From positions 14,689,071 through 14,753,070 of the forward strand of contig NC_068982.1 in NCBI RefSeq assembly GCF_001194135.2: 64,000 bases of DNA. The letters are read 5' to 3'. Both the position numbers and the translations under genes were made by a program. The notes under the pieces were generated by a model that was not told the DNA's origin, searched no databases, and saw nothing but the letters and a program-made list of their open reading frames with translations. Every line of letters begins with the position of its first letter. The stretch's first letter is position 1. Shown in pieces: positions 63,006-64,000 of the stretch. This DNA is from Octopus bimaculoides (lineage: Eukaryota).

Positions 63006-63464
63006 CAAAGAGAGAGACGGCTAGAGTTAATTGTCTTGCTCTAAGAATGTAATACCCAAGACTGAATACAGACTCACAGATTCTACCTCTGACAGCATCA
63101 AATGTAAACGTTGACATCAATAAAATCATTTTCAGTGCCATAAGAGAATTAAGAATAGCTACCTTCAAAAATGCAGAAACTGGTGGAATTTTGGAAAAGG
63201 GTTAATATGTCAACATAGCAAAGGTTACTATGCTAGTTAGTAGGAGGAAGTGGTCTTGTTTGAAATGTAGAAATGTGTACTAAGTACTCAGTGGAATGCT
63301 AACAAACATACACACAAAAAAACGTAAAGCAAGGACTGAAAGATGTCTAGTCTGCTGGTGGTCTGTCCCTGAGTAGTCCTGTGCATGTGAATCTTCTCCA
63401 GTACTCACTATGCGACCTAGGAGGACACGTACACTCCTCTGCAGAGCATTGAATAGATTACTGG

Positions 63465-63512
63465 AACTTCAGCTACCATGACTAAACTTCAGCTACCATG
63501 ACTAAACTTCAG
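63465..63512. repeat. 20-bp tandem repeat, about 2.4 copies
   Basis: aacttcagctaccatgacta repeated. Confidence 0.85.
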
Positions 63513-63549
63513 ATGGATACTGCAGTGGTTTCCTATTACCCTCTCCAGG

Positions 63550-63770
63550 CAGGTGGAATTTGAACTCAGAATGTAGAGAGCTGGAAGATATACCGTAAAG
63601 CATTTCTTATGTCATTACTGCCCACAAGGGGCTACACACAGAGTGGACAAACAAGGACAGACAAACGGATTTAGTCGATTATATCAATCCCAGTGCATAA
63701 CTGGTACTTATACCATAAAGCATTTCTGTCAATGCATCAACAATTCTGCCACTCGCCCACTTGCGAAGCA
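63550..63770 (-). mobile_element. SINE family B head interrupted by a family B tail fragment
   Basis: Duplication tatacc(g/a)taaagcatttct at 63589-63607 and 63709-63727. Confidence 0.7.
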
Positions 63771-64000
63771 GCATGAGATGAATTGTTTTGCCAGGTTTTG
63801 GATTTGAACCCACAATCTAGCTACCATGAGTGCAACATCCTAAATAAACATTAGGCCAGATGCTTTCACATGGAGTAATTACCTGTAGAAGAACCCATGA
63901 AATGAAGGTAACAAATTGTTCAGATACTTCACTAGACATACTTACTAGTTTCTTTTACTTAAGTGTTGTATTTAAAGTAAAGATTAGATATTTCTGGCTT

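Noticed and set aside
62965-63168. 67-aa minus-strand ORF resembling a signal peptide
   Set aside because: It runs into a SINE head; a hydrophobic N-terminus alone is not evidence in AT-rich DNA.

Overview
AT-rich, repeat-saturated eukaryotic genomic DNA with many N gaps next to microsatellites. The SINE and RTE families look like those of octopus (coleoid cephalopod); this is inferred from recognition, not from a search. The only well-supported host gene is a minus-strand F-box/leucine-rich-repeat protein gene. It has one clear 481-bp internal exon (22126-21646) and a phase-compatible candidate first coding exon (34115-34023); downstream exons were not found in the remaining 21.6 kb. The rest of the window holds at least three tRNA-headed SINE families, many 5'-truncated RTE LINE 3' ends, and decayed Tc1 (DD34E), rosa/Visitor-like mariner (DD38D spacing), hAT, CR1/L2-like and R4/Dong-like elements. 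There are also MITEs with recognisable target-site duplications (TSDs) and Helitron/Helentron-type fragments. The most unusual signals are (i) two hammerhead-ribozyme-like cores, one inside a composite tRNA-head/(AAT)n/Penelope-like-tail element 150 bp from the candidate first exon, (ii) a 343-bp fold-back insertion with a 14-bp TSD, (iii) a palindrome built from palindromes, and (iv) many long hairpins plus an inverted SINE pair flanking the F-box exon. No CRISPR array, rRNA gene or intact tRNA gene was seen.
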